Shown: positions 37,140 through 50,899 of the stretch, piece after piece | How the letters are laid out: each line of letters opens with the position of its first letter | Position numbering within the stretch: position 1 is the stretch's first letter | From: Mobula hypostoma | Lineage: Eukaryota | Direction of reading: 5' to 3' | Length of the DNA: 64,000 nt | Assembly: GCF_963921235.1 (NCBI RefSeq) | Contig: NC_086097.1 | Span: 185,382,001 to 185,446,000 of the forward strand | Notes under the pieces: generated by a model | Seen by the model: the letters and a program-made list of their open reading frames with translations, nothing else | The model's database searches: none | What the model was told of the DNA's origin: nothing | Position numbers and translations under genes: made by a program

Positions 37140-38650
37140 ATGAATAACATTTTCTCACCTTCCAGTCCTCTGGTGCTACTCTTGTGGCCTGTGAAGATGC
37201 AAAGATCATTGCCAACAGTGCAACTATCTCTTCCCTGCTTCCCATAGTAACCTGAGTTATATCTCACCCACTCTAGAGGATTTGGCTATGCTAATGATAT
37301 TCAGAAGTTCCAACATGTACTGTAATAATTGCTTTATTTTGGTGTTTGCAGTTTGCTGGCTTTTGCACACTGGTTGAATGCCCAAGTTGGTGCAGTCTTT
37401 CATTAATTCCATTATAATTATTCAATTATGGATTTACTAAGTATGCCTGCAAGAAAATAAATCTCAAGGTTGCATGTAGTGACATGTATGTACTTTGATA
37501 ATAAATTCACCTTGAACTTTGAACATCTTTCTTAACCTCTGTTCCTAAACATTAGTCTGTTCTTTGCTATCCTCAGTTCAAGGTCTCTCTCACTGGTAAA
37601 TAATGAAACAATATTCATGAAGAACTTCCCCTACCTTCTCCAGCTCCAGATACATGTTTCTTTTATCCCTGATCAATCTAACCCTCACCCTAATCATTCT
37701 ATTCTTGTCAAACCTTAGCTCTCCTAAGTCCTGTAAGTTCTTTCCTGGCTACCTTGTAATTCTTTAAAAGTCCTGTCGGATCTTTATTTCCTAACCTTTA
37801 AGTATGCCTCCACATTCCTTTTGACTAAATATTCCTCTTCTCCGGTCGATGATGGTTCTTTCACCCTACCATCCTTGCCTGTCTCAATAGGACAAACCTA
37901 TTCAGAACCCCATGCAAGAGTTTGTTAAACATCATCCACGATTCTGTTTGTATATTTCCTTGAGAACATCTATTCCCAGTTTGTGCTCCTAGGTTTCCTG
38001 CCTAATAGCATTATAATTAACCCTCCCCAATTAAATACTTTCCCACAATGTCTGCTCCCACCCTTGTACAAGGCTATGCTAAATGTCAGAGGGTTGTGAT
38101 CACTTTGTCCAAAATACTCACCGAGTGAGTGATCTGTCATCTGACCAGGCTCATAGTATAGTACATACTAGATCCAGTATGGTGCCTCCAGTGGCCAATC
38201 AATATTAGGGAAGTTTAAGTACCCCATAACAATTTTTTTTGCACCTTTCCAAAATTTGTCCCCCCAATCTGATCCTCGGTGTCTCTGTTATCGGAGGGCC
38301 CATATAATTCTCTCAAGTGATTGTCCCCTTCCTGTCTCTGACTTTTACCCTCTCCCCTTGTGGACAATCCCTCCACAATAATCTCCCATTCGGCAGCTGA
38401 TTAGCAATGCCACTCTCCCACCTATTTTACCTCTCTCCCTGTCCCTTTTGAAACATATAAACCCTGGAACATCCAACAAACATTCCAGCCCTTGTGTCAG
38501 CCAAGTCTCCATAATGGCCACAACACAGCAGTCCCACACTAAGTTCATCAACCTTGTTCCTGATGCTTTCTGCATTTAAAGGAAACACATTTCAACTCAT
38601 CTAACTGACTGCATTTGAGCTCTATCCACTACTTTTCCTTCCTCAGTCCC
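37140..38650 (-). mobile_element. Old CR1 LINE fragments (EN region), with a Rex1-type 3'UTR piece at ~37320-37523
   Basis: WDCCVVAIMETWLTQG..LDVPGFICFKRDRERGKIGGRVALLI is a CR1 endonuclease motif. Confidence 0.7.
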
Positions 38651-39684
38651 TCTACACATTGAAATTTAATTTTATCATTTGAAGCATAGACTCACTGGGT
38701 CAAATGGTCTTGTTCTATGCCATAAGAAAATATGAAAGTTAATATCAATTGAATGGTACCTTTCCAGATCTAACTCAAAGTTAGTTGTTGAAATGTGGTC
38801 CAGGAGGATCTTCAGAAGTCAAGAATTGGGTGCAAATCTTATGATTGCAGCCATTTTATTTAATGTTCATCAAAGTATAGATCAGACTGTCTCTTTGTAC
38901 CAGCAACCAAGGCAAGTAAAATGAAGTGACTAAGAACTTGTCCTCATTCTTTCCATCTGGGTAGATAAGGGAGTCTTCTTGTAACAACCTGTTTAAAGGT
39001 ACTGAGTTGCACTTCAGTTTCACAGGCAAAACAAAACTATAGACATTTGAAGCCACATGTATTGCAAGCTACTAAAAGTCTACAAACAAGTAAAAAGAAA
39101 GCTAAAACTACAAAAACTCAAGAAAAATAACAATCTGCACCCTAGCCCAACATTGTAGAAGTGATTTCATAGTCAAATCTCATCAGCTAAGTGTATTGGG
39201 ATTGAAATTTACATTCTTCTCAATTTTGGAGTTAATGCATGTCCAAATTCCAGATATAATTCCCTGTCAGGCAAGGTTCTTTGAGAGTATAATTCAGTAA
39301 ATTGATCCTCAGGTTGTTGTTATTGCAGAATGCAACCACCGAGCACAAAAAATACTGTGCACAATACCAGCGTCCTGAAATGGGCATATATATGCATGTT
39401 AGATGTTGATGTTTGTTTCAGACATGATTCTGCATGACACTGAAGGAACTTGTACCAATATGGTTAAGCAAAACACTTCTGGTAGAGAATGTGCACGTGT
39501 AGACTAAAATATTGAATATTCAGGTGCCCAATATATGTATCCATAAAAAGGCCATGCTAACAATGAATTTCCAGGCTTGGGTTTTTCTTTTTCCCTGAAT
39601 GTTAGAACTTTTATTTATCCTGTTTATTATCCCAAAATGTACAAAATTTGCTATATTTGGTGAGAGATTTGAAAGGCTGAATGT

Positions 39685-39867
39685 GCCTATCACCTCCCTC
39701 ATGGTTCCGCCTCCCTCTACTACCCATTGTGTTTTCCCCTGTTCCTCCTTCGCCTTTCCTGCCTCTCCCTCCCCCACCCCTTTATCTTTCCCCTTAATGG
39801 TTTTTCACCTGGAACCTACCAGCCTTCTCCTTCCCACCCCCCCCCCACCTTCTTTATAGGGCCTCTG
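39685..39867 (+). repeat. Pyrimidine-rich Penelope pLTR-like fragment
   Basis: C/T-rich segment resembling the pLTR body at 34260-34550 (e.g. CACCTGG..CCTACCAGCC..CCCCCCACCTTCTTTAT). No hammerhead retained. Confidence 0.4.
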
Positions 39868-40824
39868 GTAACCCAGGATGCTGGGGTACATGGCAAAAGC
39901 AGTTTTACAGAATGTCAAGGATTCTCTTGTTGGAGATTCTCAGATCTGCCAGATCATGACACAAAACTTTTTCTTGCCATTTATCGTCCTGATTGGTTCT
40001 TGTACAGCATGATATTGCATGCAGAAGGCCATTGAGTTTATCTCAGAGCAATGACATCAGTTCACTTATTACCCTATATAAGTATTCTCTCTCATCTGCC
40101 CACCAGCCCTTCTCTATTCTCCTATCAGAGAACTGTACTAACAATTTAAAATGACCATTAACGTAACACCCAGCACGTTTTTAGGATGTGGAAGAAACTC
40201 GTCATGGAGATGAGTGCAAGCTCTGCACAAGCACCACTAAAATCATGCATGAACTTGCTGTTGGTCAGTGGTGAGACAGCTACTGTACTTGCAGCTTCAG
40301 TGTGGTGCAGCCTTTCCTTTCATTGACTTTCACGATATTTGTTGCCTTTCCCCTAACTTGTCTCCTGCTTGCCCATTTTCTTTCATGTTCAATCTTCATT
40401 TTTCATTTCCCTGTCACTCTATTGTGCTATCAATCTTATTCTCATTCCAATAAGATTGAAGATCCACATTTCATCATGCAGAGGAGGCCATTCTACTGGC
40501 TTCCAGAGATGACCTACAAATCCAATTGCCTCATTTATTTCCTTTAACCTACTTTGTCACATGATCTACACCAATTCCTCACCAGGGATGACTAAATGAC
40601 TAAAAACCATCCCACCTTTTAAGATGTGGGCGGGGAAAAAGCCAAGCACCTAATGCAAACCCACACAAATAGAACATGCAGACTGCATAGGCAACACTGA
40701 AGGCCAGAAGCAAACTTGTGTCCCTGGAGCTATGAGAGACAGCTGTACTGTTGCAGAATCACTGTCAGCTTCTGGATATTGTTGTGTGCAGGTGTTAGCT
40801 GTTTCTTAGTTTAGGGGCTGAAAA

Positions 40825-41105
40825 TCACAGTAGCATAGTGGCTAGTGAGACACTATTTATGGCTTGTGTTCAGAGTTCCAGTCTGGTGCCATTTTGTAAG
40901 GAGTCTCTGTACATCCTCCCCCTTGGAATGCATGGGTTTCCCCTGGACCTTCCGGTTTCCCCTCAGTGTGAAAACATGCAGGTAAGTTAATTAGTCATTA
41001 CAAATTGTCCTGTGATTAGGCTAGCATTAATCAGGGTTGTGGGTTTGCTGGGACAGTGTAGCTCAAAGGGCCTACTCCCCACTGTATCAGAAAGTAAGTA
41101 AATAA
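40825..41105 (+). mobile_element. tRNA-derived V-domain SINE
   Basis: Head GTAGCATAGTGGCTAG, V-domain-like ATGGGTTTCCCCTGG..TCCGGTTTCCC, A-rich tail. Confidence 0.7.
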
Positions 41106-41755
41106 ATTTCAGCATCTGCAGATTTCCTCATGTTTGCATTTTTAAATAAATAATGAGGCATTGTATAGACACGAAAGTACCAGCACTTTTCACATTGGAA
41201 GAAAGGTTGGACTCGAGGATAGATTCCTTCATTGAAGATCTGGGACTGAAATCATTAACATCCAGCAATTATTCCAACTCCAGGATATCCACCTTTGTGT
41301 GAGAGGTACGATTGAAACAGTTGGAACATTTTCCCTTGATGCCAATTGATTTATTTCACCAGGGTCCATTGGTTGCCACGAACTCAAATGCTCTCTTGAC
41401 TTTGCATCTGAAATTCAATTCTTTGATCCACGTTTGCAGCAGCGGTGTAATGGGTTCTGGGGCCTTATAGTCCTAGTGTAAGTGTTACTGGATAACATCA
41501 CTGACAACCATCTCTGTCACTTTGCTGATAATTGAGCATGGATGGCATGGTGTTAACTAGTCAGATTGGCCATACCTAAGCCATTCCAGATAGAAGTCAG
41601 TATTTGACTGTACGAGAACAGTTCATTTTGAAGCACATAGTCTGGAGAATGCAGCTGCATTGCTGTTGTTGGGATTTTGCCAGTCTACATATTCTTTGCC
41701 ATATGCAATGCTGTTGGACTTTTTATCACAGTGAATGGAAGAGTGGGCAAATAAA

Positions 41756-43170
41756 TAAGACCAAAAGATAAAGGAGCAGAATTAGGCTATTTGGCCCATC
41801 AAGTCCACTTCACCATTTCATCACAGCTGATCCAGTTTTCCTCTTGGCCCCAATCATCTGCCATCTCCCCACATATCTTCATGGCCTAACCAGTCAAGAA
41901 CCTATTAACCTCCGCCATAAATGCACATAAAACTTGGCCTCCACAGCTACCTGTGGCAATGAATTCTACAGGTTCACTGCATTCTGGCTAAAGAAATTCC
42001 TCCTCATCTCCATTCCACAAGGACTCCTCTCCACTGAGGCTGTGTCCTCTAGCCTTAGACTCTTGCACCATAGGAAATATTCTCTCCACATCAAGATATT
42101 TCACCATTTGATAGGTTTCAATGAGGTCACCCCTAATTCTTCTGAATTCTAGTTGTAACCCTTGGGTTCGGCCAGCAGTGTTAGCTTGGGGGAGGACAGT
42201 CTCCAGCCCTGCCAAACTTGTGAAATCCTGTTTGTATGGATGCTGTGTGATGTGTTCCACAGTTACAAATCAGTACCACAAAATAACAAATAGTACACGA
42301 TATTCAATTAAACAATTGAGCTTTATAATTAATTTTACTATAGAGTTAGTAAAGAAAACAAAGATAAAGGGTCCATTTTAAGGGAAAAGTCTGATGCACA
42401 CATTGAAGCTCACTATTTTCTTGTCCGTTATTCTCCATTGGTTTCCCCTCCACTCTCTCCCCCCACCCCCACCTTGGGCTGGTGTCGTCAACTCCCAACC
42501 CAATTCCAAGTCTACCCCGTGCTGCAGTCTACAACTTCTCCATTCTGGCATCTTATCTCTCCATCTTGTGCCGAACAAAACATTCCCCTCACCACACATT
42601 CCAAACCACTGTTGCCTCTAGTCATAACCCAAACACTGCTGCTATAGAGAAACCATCACATTAACAGTGAAACCTTTCCCAGAGTGTTACAGAGCCATCA
42701 GACATTTCTGATGACAAGCATTCAATCCTAGCATCATTTTCATGCACCTCCTTTGAACCATCTCCAATTTCAGTAAAGGGCCCAAAACACTTCCAAGTGA
42801 GACCTCACCAGTGCTTTATAAAGTCTAACATTACATCTTTGCTTTTGTATTCTAGTCCTCTTGAAATGAATACGAACATCAAATTTGCCTTCCTCACCAC
42901 ATTCAACTTGTATCTGTGCTATTAGGGAATCCTGCACCCTTTTTGTATTTTCTCTCCATTTAGAAAATGGTCAACCCTTTTATTCTTTCTACCAAAGTGC
43001 ATGACCATACACTTCCTGACACTATATTTCATCTGCCACTTCTTGGCCCATTATCTTAATCCAAGTCTTTCTGTAGCCTCTACTTAAAGCTACCTGCCCC
43101 TCCACCTATCTTCATACCATCTGCAAACTTTGCAACAAAGTCAATTCCATCATCTGAGTCATTGACATAT
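41756..43170 (-). mobile_element. CR1 LINE 3' part
   Basis: LEFRRIRGDLIETYQMVKYLDVERIFPMV, with the CR1 3' tail at ~41756. Interrupted by 42154-42691. Confidence 0.85.
42154..42691. mobile_element. Probable solo LTR (538 bp) inserted in CR1
   Basis: Foreign segment bounded by TGTAACCCT...AGTGTTACA (TG..CA, 9-bp inverted ends with 1 mismatch) that interrupts CR1. No clear TSD. Confidence 0.65.
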
Positions 43171-43534
43171 ATGGAAGATGCAGTTTAACCTGGAAAAATG
43201 TGAGGCTGTTCAGTTCTTAAACTTTTGTTCTAAATACAGAAGGACAAATTCCTATATATGACTATTTGTACATTGAGTAAATTGAGGTTTAACAAGACCT
43301 GTGTCTGTGTACACAGGTAGCTGAAAATATGTTAATACAAATGGCACATTGGCCTTCATTGTAAGAGGAACAAGGATATCTTGCTGAAGATGTAGAAGGC
43401 CTTGAAGAGATACCATCTGGAAATTTGTGTGTTATGCTGGTTTCCTTATCTGAATGTTCTTGGAATGAAAGGAATGCAGTATAAAACTAGTTCCTGCAAT
43501 GACAGGACTACCTGGCACTAAAAGGTTGGGCCTA

Positions 43535-44788
43535 CAGTGGCACACAAAAGTTTAGGCACCCCAGTCAAAATTTCTGTTACTGTGAATAGTTAAGTGAGTA
43601 GAACATGAACTGATCTCCAAAAGTTAAAGTTGAAACATTTTTGACATTTTAAGCAAGATTAATGTGTTATTTTTGTACAATTTTAAGAATGGAGGAAAAA
43701 AAAGTAAAGGAGCACCATGCAAAAGTTTGGGCACCCCAAGAGATTTGAGCGCTCAGATAACTTTTACCAAGGTCTCAGACCTTAATTAGCTTGTTAAGGC
43801 TATGACTTGTTCACAGTCATTGTTAGGAAAGGCCAGGTAATGCAAATTTCAAAGCTTTATAAATACCCTGACTCCTCAAACCTTGTCCCAAAAATCAGCA
43901 GCCATGGGCTCTAAGCAGCTGCCTAGCACTCTGAAAAATTTAAATAAATGATGTCCACAAAGCAGGAGAAAGCCTGAAGCATTTTGGAAACAAGTCCTGT
44001 GGATTGATGAAGTTAAAATAGAACTTTTTGGCTGCAATGAGCAAAGGTATGTTTGGAGAAAAAAGGGTGCAGAATTTCATGAAAAGAACACCTCTCTAAC
44101 TGTTAAACACGGGTGGATCGATCATGCTTTGAGCTTGTGTTGCAGCCAGTGGCATGGGGAACATTTCACTGGCAGAGGCAAGAATGAATTGAATTAAATA
44201 CCAGCAAAATTCTGGAAGCAAGCATCACATTGTCTGATTTTAATTTTTAAAAAAAAGCTGAAGATGAAAAGAGGATGGCTTCTACAACAGGATAATGACC
44301 CTAAACACCTCAAAATCCACAATGGACTACCTCAAGAGGTGCAAGATGAAGGTTTTGCCATGGCCCTCACAGTCCCCTGACCTAAACATCATCGAGAATC
44401 TGTGGATAGACTTCAAAAGAGCAGTGCATGCAAGACGGCCCAAGAATCTCACAGAACTAGAAGCCTTTTGCAAGGATGGGCAAAAATCCTCCAAACAAGG
44501 ATTGAAAGACTCTTAGCTGGCTACAGAAAGCACTTACAAGCTGTGATACTTGCCAAAGGGGGTGTTACTAAGTACTGCCATGCAGGGTGCACAAACCTTT
44601 GCTTCGTGCCCTTTACATTTTTTGTTATTTTTGAAACTGTAAAAGATGGAAATAAAATATTTTCAAATATTAAAGAAATGTCATCTTTAACTTTATGCCT
44701 TTTGGGAAAACAGTTCACCTTTTATGCACTTAGCTATTCACAGTAACAGAAATTTTGACTGGGGTGCCCAAACTTTTGCACACCACTG
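43535..44788 (+). mobile_element. Tc1 (IR/DR-type) transposon, internally deleted and frameshifted
   Basis: TA TSDs at 43533-34 and 44789-90. TIRs CAGTGGCACACAAAAGTTTAGGCACCCCAGTC.../...GACTGGGGTGCCCAAACTTTTGCACACCACTG, with an inner direct repeat at ~43716. DDE pieces VLWIDEVKIELFG, QQDNDPKH and WPSQSPDLNIIENLW. Confidence 0.93.
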
Positions 44789-45021
44789 TAAGTAGTACTA
44801 AAACAGAAATCAAGCAGTGCCAAAACAGAAATAAAATAGTGATGTAGTCATTGATTCAATGTCATTTAGGAATCGGATGGCAGAGGGGAAGAGCTGTTCC
44901 TGAATGAGTGGTGGGGTACTTAATGATGGACGCTGCCTTCCTGAGGCACCACTCCTTGACGATGTCTTGGATACCATAGAGGCTAGTACCCATGACAGAG
45001 CTGACTAGTTTTGCATATATA

Positions 45022-46466
45022 CAGGTTTACCCCACCATCCAAAGGTAGAGCGTTCCTATGAAACGGTTCGTAAGCCAGAATGTCGTAAAGCGAAGAAGCA
45101 ATTACCATTAATTTATATGGGAAAATTTTGAGAGCATTCACACACCCAAAAATAACCTACCAAATCATGCTAATTAACACACACAACCTAAAAGAACAGT
45201 AACATATAGTAAAAGCAGGAATGATGTGATAAATGCACAGCCTATATAAAGTAGAAATACTCTTCCACAATCATTGCCTGAAATGTTCTCTGTAGTGAAA
45301 ATCTCATGCAAGCAGTGTTGGCAAAAACACGGTGCAAGTGCTCTCCAGTAACCTTTAAGCTATGAAGCTGCCAAATTATACCAAATAACACGTAAAAATA
45401 CACAGCCAATATAAAGTAGAAATAATGTATGTACAGTGTAGTATCACTTGTGGGAATTGGGACAGCGTCGAGCACACTGATGATGGTGTGTTAGGCTGAG
45501 TCGGAGGTTGGGGTGGTGCAGTGGCCCCCACCCTCTGGGCAGTGAACGGATACATTGTAGTGAAGCATGCAGGGGTCCAGCGGTAGACAGGAGGCACACA
45601 GCACGTCTTTAAGAAAAAAGCCGAAATAAACAAACTAATTAGGTGCTGCCTGGCATGTAATTAGCATGTTTATTTTGGCTTTTTTCTTAAATATGTGCTG
45701 TGTGTCACCCGGCTACTACTGCATTCTCCGCGAATCGGTATCTGTCCGCGGCCTGGGTGTTGGAGTGGTGGGACACTGGGGTGTCATCTCATCGTCTCTT
45801 TCCATTAGAGCGGGCAGCTCATCTTCTATCTCTGCCTGCCTCGATGTCGAAGGTCGAGGTTTGTCGTCTGCTGTGGCTGAGGTGGAAGGCTTGCTTGACT
45901 GCTGAGCCTCGCATGTTTTTCTATCATACAGTTCTTTGTAAGCACTCAGATCATCCTGCAAGTATCCCCTAAACCTACGTACCCTTTCAAAATTAAAGTC
46001 GTACTTTATCATTACTCATTCGGTTTTGATTGTTATCCCTTCCTCTTCCAATTGCATCAGCTCTTCACCTATCAGTTCTTGGTCATGGGATGCCAAAACC
46101 TCCAACATCTTCGTCAGCTTCCACAAGCCAAACTCACTTTTTCCTTACTTCGTTCACCACGATCGAAACGCTTAACTATGTCTAGTTTTACGCTAAGTGT
46201 AACACCTTTACGAGCTCTTTTAGGCTTTTCCAATACCATAGAACTCATCTTGCTAACAGCTGCTCACAGGCACGTGTTTAAGCAATGCCAGCTAGATTGC
46301 CATTCCGAATCTGGGGGAGAGCAGCTGCTCGGGCGCGCGCTGCCTTTATTACATGCTGATTTTTTCGTAACAGTGAAAACACCTGTTAGCGAAAACAGGG
46401 TACTAATGTAGGTCTTTTGTAACAGTGAGGTTTCATAAAGTGAACATTCAAAGCTGGGGACATCTG
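45022..46466 (-). mobile_element. Tigger/pogo-family non-autonomous DNA transposon (copy 1)
   Basis: TA-flanked, CAGGTTTACCCC...GGGGACATCTG. The minus strand has a psq/CENP-B-like N-terminus (MSSMVLEKPKRARKGVTLSVKLDIVKRFDRGE) joined to an acidic C-terminus (KYDFNFERV..AYKELYDRK). The DDE region is missing. Confidence 0.85.
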
Positions 46467-46702
46467 TAGTTTTTAAATATTCAAGAAAGATGTAGATATA
46501 TATCTTAATGCTGATGGGGCAAAGGGCTATTAGAAGAAGGTGGAAATGGGTACTGAGGTGGATAATACAAAAAATTGCAGAAATGCCATGTTTGTTTTAA
46601 ATGGTAGTTAATTATACTTGCAATTGTCATGCTTGGATCCAGTGCGATGAATGTGAATTAGCAGATTGGAATCCTATGCTACAATTTGAAATGCACTAGG
46701 TA

Positions 46703-47227
46703 CCAGTGTCCCCCACTTTATGAAAGTTCACTTTACACCACTTCATTTTTATGAAAGACTGACATTAGTACCTGATTTCGCTAACCAAAAGAAATCCGAA
46801 GAGGATTTTCGCTCTTGTGTAAAAAGGTGCCCGCTTTAAACTTGTTTACCCTGAGAAAACTACCATGACTGTGAAGCCTTGCATAGGCAGGTGTGTGTGC
46901 ATGTGTGTACATGCCAATTTATTTTTATTTTTTTCTCTACAAATCGGTTTTGGCTAAATCTTCTCGATTCTGGTAAGTGAAACTACATTGTACATTATTT
47001 CTACCTTATATAGGCTGTGTATTTGTCATATCATTCCTGCTTTTACTATGTTATTTTAGGTTTTATGTGTTATTTGGTATGATTTGGTAGGTTATTTTTT
47101 GGGTCTGGGAATGCTCAAAAAATTTTCCTATATAAATTAATGGTAATCGCTTCTTCGCTTTACGCCATTTCGGCTTACAAATGGTTTCATAGGAACACTC
47201 TACTTTCGGATAGTGGGGGAAAACCTG
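46703..47227 (+). mobile_element. Tigger-derived MITE (525 bp), opposite orientation to copy 1
   Basis: TA-flanked. Both ends are reverse-complement matches to the ends of 45022-46466. Non-coding interior. Confidence 0.82.
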
Positions 47228-49454
47228 TATACAGGGTGTATCCCGAACTTGATAAGGAGCAGTTCCATGTTGGTTAAGACCTTTCTCAGTGAGGCAAATT
47301 CCTGATGTTTGCAGCTTTTTATTCAGTTTAATGGCAAAAATTTATTGGTATGTGGGGGAGGGGGGAGAGGAATTTGGCATTGTCTTCAAAGATGACCGTT
47401 AGATTATTTGTGAAAATAATATGCATTCTTATCAAGCTATTTTGATAGGGATTTTGAACCAAACAGCACAACATCCCACATAATTCATATCAAAAGTTTT
47501 AATGGCAGGAGAAAAGAAATATTTTAAGGTTTTGTTGTAGTTAGGCAGTCATCAAAATGCTCATCTGTGCTAATTGAAAAATCAATATTCTTTTGATGTA
47601 GATAATTGATTCTTGAGTTATCCATCTGCAGTTTCCTTGGGGATTCTGCCTGATCAGTTGCAGTAGCTTGGTGGCAGATCAGTGAAACCTTGTGACTTGC
47701 ATGACATTGGTGTTACTTTGGGGGGTGGGGGGAGAGAAGAAACAGATGATATTCTCAGACATATTGTCTAACCATATTCCTTCCATCATGAATCTTTGAA
47801 TAAATTCAGAGATTTCAGTTTAAGTGCTGAAGTACATCTGACAGTCAAATAAGAACTTGTACCTAGAAATTAATTTAACCCTATTCTGGAATGCCTACTG
47901 TGCATCTAAATGCCCCTTTCCTGTGCAATGAAAGGGACAGGAACAGTATAAATGATGGTTTGCACTCAGAAATCTGCACATAACTGGGATTTCTGCAGTT
48001 CGATAGGATTAAGTGGAACCAATGATTTGCTGTACTGTGAATGGTTTCAGTGTATAAAGGCACATTCATGGCAGTCAGCAAACACGGAAGACAACAAATC
48101 CAATCATGACTGTTACAGAGAAGAGAAAAGGACTGCACTGGGAGGCAGAAAGCCCCAAGAATATTGAAAAAGACATGGCATTCAAATCAGTGAGTGAAGT
48201 GACAGAAGGGACGTTCTGTGTATTGGAAGCCTCGCAGGCTTATCAAAGGAAGAACTTGGCAGAAGGTGTCTGTCTCCTGTAAAAGCCTTTGGTTGGCTTG
48301 ATTGTGTCACATCCATCATGCAATGCAGAAGTCTCCACACCAACTCTGTGCATACTTTACAGCACCTAAGTACCAGAATCAAAGTTCTAGTAGAGCAAAG
48401 GACCTTTCTACAATGATGGTACTTGCATGGCTTTTGCTGTAGGTAGACAGCCACTGCGTTTGGAGCTACAAATTTGTGTTAGGAATCAGAAGTAGTAGGA
48501 AGCCCTTGAGGTGTAGATGTGGGAAGTATATGGATGATGGGTCTCTCTGAAGATAAGTGCATCATGTATAAGCATAGCTGGAAATGTGGCATTCCATGCG
48601 CAAGATCTCCTTGTGATCTACAACTAGCTGTATTGGGAGATGAAGGACAAGCCTATGGTTTTTAATGAATACTCACCAGCTGCATTTAGAAAAGGGAGAA
48701 TGATGATGGTTGAGCAGGAACTAAGTGAAATATTAGGTAGGATATATTATACTAAGAAAACAGTTTTGAAGGTGAATAATTGGCATACCTCAAAGAAATG
48801 TATATCAGGGTGTAATCAGAAAGAAAGGAGAAAAATGCAGAGGCTCTAACCATTCTTTTTCAATCATTCCTGTCCACTAGGATGTTTTAGGAGGACTTGA
48901 GGACTGCTAAAGTGGTGTTCTTAAAAAGAGAGGAAGGATAAACTACATGCCTTTTGATTGTCACTTGCTGACCAAATACACTTAAATGTTTAAAATCTTA
49001 TCCCTATTTTCAAATCTCCTTTTTCTATCTCTGTAATCTCTTTCAATCTATAATCCCCCAGGATGACTTTTCTAATTGTCATTACAATCCTTCCTGAACT
49101 CTGGCTCCATCATTGGCAGCATGTTTTTAGCTTTCAAACATCCTCAATTGTGGAATTTTCTCCATATCGGTTCTTGTCGCATCCTCCTTTTTTAAAATGC
49201 TCATTTTGGTCAATTGCACTCATTTTTTGTTTAGGGGCATTTACTTTAATGGCACTTGTGAAGTGCCTTGAAATGTTCTGCTACCTTAAGGGCATTATAT
49301 AAACTGAAGCTAACATTTATGTTTCCTTTAATATAAGCGACAAGATGGTGTTGATGATCATTGGCAGCGTTCTGTCGGCTGCAGAAAATAGGTCCAAAAA
49401 TTATTTGGTGGTAATGAAAAGAATCAACCAATAACCATTTAAATATAATTAACA

Positions 49455-49980
49455 TTGACTACATTGAAGGTGTTGAAGTGCTTTGAGGCGTTGGTCATGG
49501 CTGGAATTAACTCTTGCCTGAGTAAGGACCTGGACCCACTGAAGTTTTACCACCAACACAGCAGGTTGACAGTGGATGCAATCTCATTGGTTCTCCCCTA
49601 CACCTGGACAACAGCAATACATACATCAGGCTGCTGTTCATTGATTACAGCTCAGCATTCAACAATATCATCCCCTTGGTAATAATTACCAAGCTTCAAA
49701 ACTTGGGCCTCTGCACCTCCCCCTGCAAGTGGATGCTTGAATTCCTGATCAGGAGATCTCAGTCGGTGTGGAGCAGCAATAATATCTCCTTGCTGACGAT
49801 CAACGCAGGCACACCTCGAGGATGTATGCTTAGCCCACTGCTCTGCTCTCTGCCACTCATTACTTTGAGTAAGCACAGCTCAAATGCCGTCAATAAATAT
49901 GTCGATAACGCCAGTATTAGCAGAGTTCCGGATGGCGATGACAAGGCGTGAGGAACAATATACATCAGCTGGTCATGACA
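49455..49980 (+). mobile_element. Old Rex1/Babar RT fragment
   Basis: LKCFEALVMAGINSCLSKDLDPL and TINAGTPRGCMLSPLL..VNKYVD. Confidence 0.75.
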
Positions 49981-50524
49981 ACATTTTTCCAGCAGAAAAT
50001 ACAATTTCCTTAGTATCCAGCCTTCACAGGATTAGAACTAATTTTGCCTGGGTTTCACAATAAAATAGAACTGTCAGTCAAAGCAAAAGGAAGCAGTTCT
50101 ACAATATTGTTTAGATTTGAATTATTTCTCTTTCCCGACTGCAACTTGATAAAAGGATCTGAAATGCAGTTTTTTTTCCTCAACTACACAAGCACTAACA
50201 GAATATAAATGAACCATCATTAAATCAAAACTAGTGAAATATAGCCCAATTTGTCAGTCGACATGTTACAGTTGGAAGCATTCTCATATTTAGGCTGTAA
50301 TGCTTGAAGTTCAAGTTCAATTCCAGCACATTCTGTCATGATACTTTGGTATCAGTGATGAACTGATATATTAATGGAACTGTCAGCCTTTGGATGAGTT
50401 GTTTTGCTAAGGCCCATCTGTATGATTTAGAGGAAAATTAAATGTCCCATTCTATGACTAAGATGCAACAAGACCTCTTCAAGCCTTGTCCAGCATTCCT
50501 CCTTCAAACAACTCTGCTGAAATG

Positions 50525-50822
50525 GCTAACACGAGGGGGCATAGTTTTAAGGTGCTTGGAAGTAGGTACAGAGGGGATGTTGGGGGTAAGTTTTTTTTTC
50601 TTTCCACACAGTGGTGGGTGTGTGGAATGCACTACCAGTGACAGTGGTGTAGGCAGATACAATAGGGTCTTTTAAGAGACACTTTGATAGATACATGTAG
50701 CTTAGAAAAAGAGGACTAAGCAGTTGGGAAATTCTAGGTAGATTCTAGAGTAGGTTACATGATTGGAACAATATTATGGGTTGAAGGGCCTGTAATGTGC
50801 TGCTATAGATTTCTATGTTCTA
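50525..50822 (+). mobile_element. CR1 3' end
   Basis: ACGAGGGGGCATAGTTTTAAGGTG..GTGGTGGGTGTGTGGAATGCACTACCAG..GAAGGGCCTGTAATGTGCTG..(TTCTAT)n tail. Confidence 0.8.
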
Positions 50823-50899
50823 AAATTGGTGTATATTCAGTCTCAGTATAGGACCTTACTATTTTCATGGGAATATCACTATCAATGCATTTCAGTGCA

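Noticed and set aside
38856..39056. 66-aa minus ORF with DSLIY twice and a terminal AATAAA
   Set aside because: No recognisable homology; a short repeated peptide is compatible with chance.
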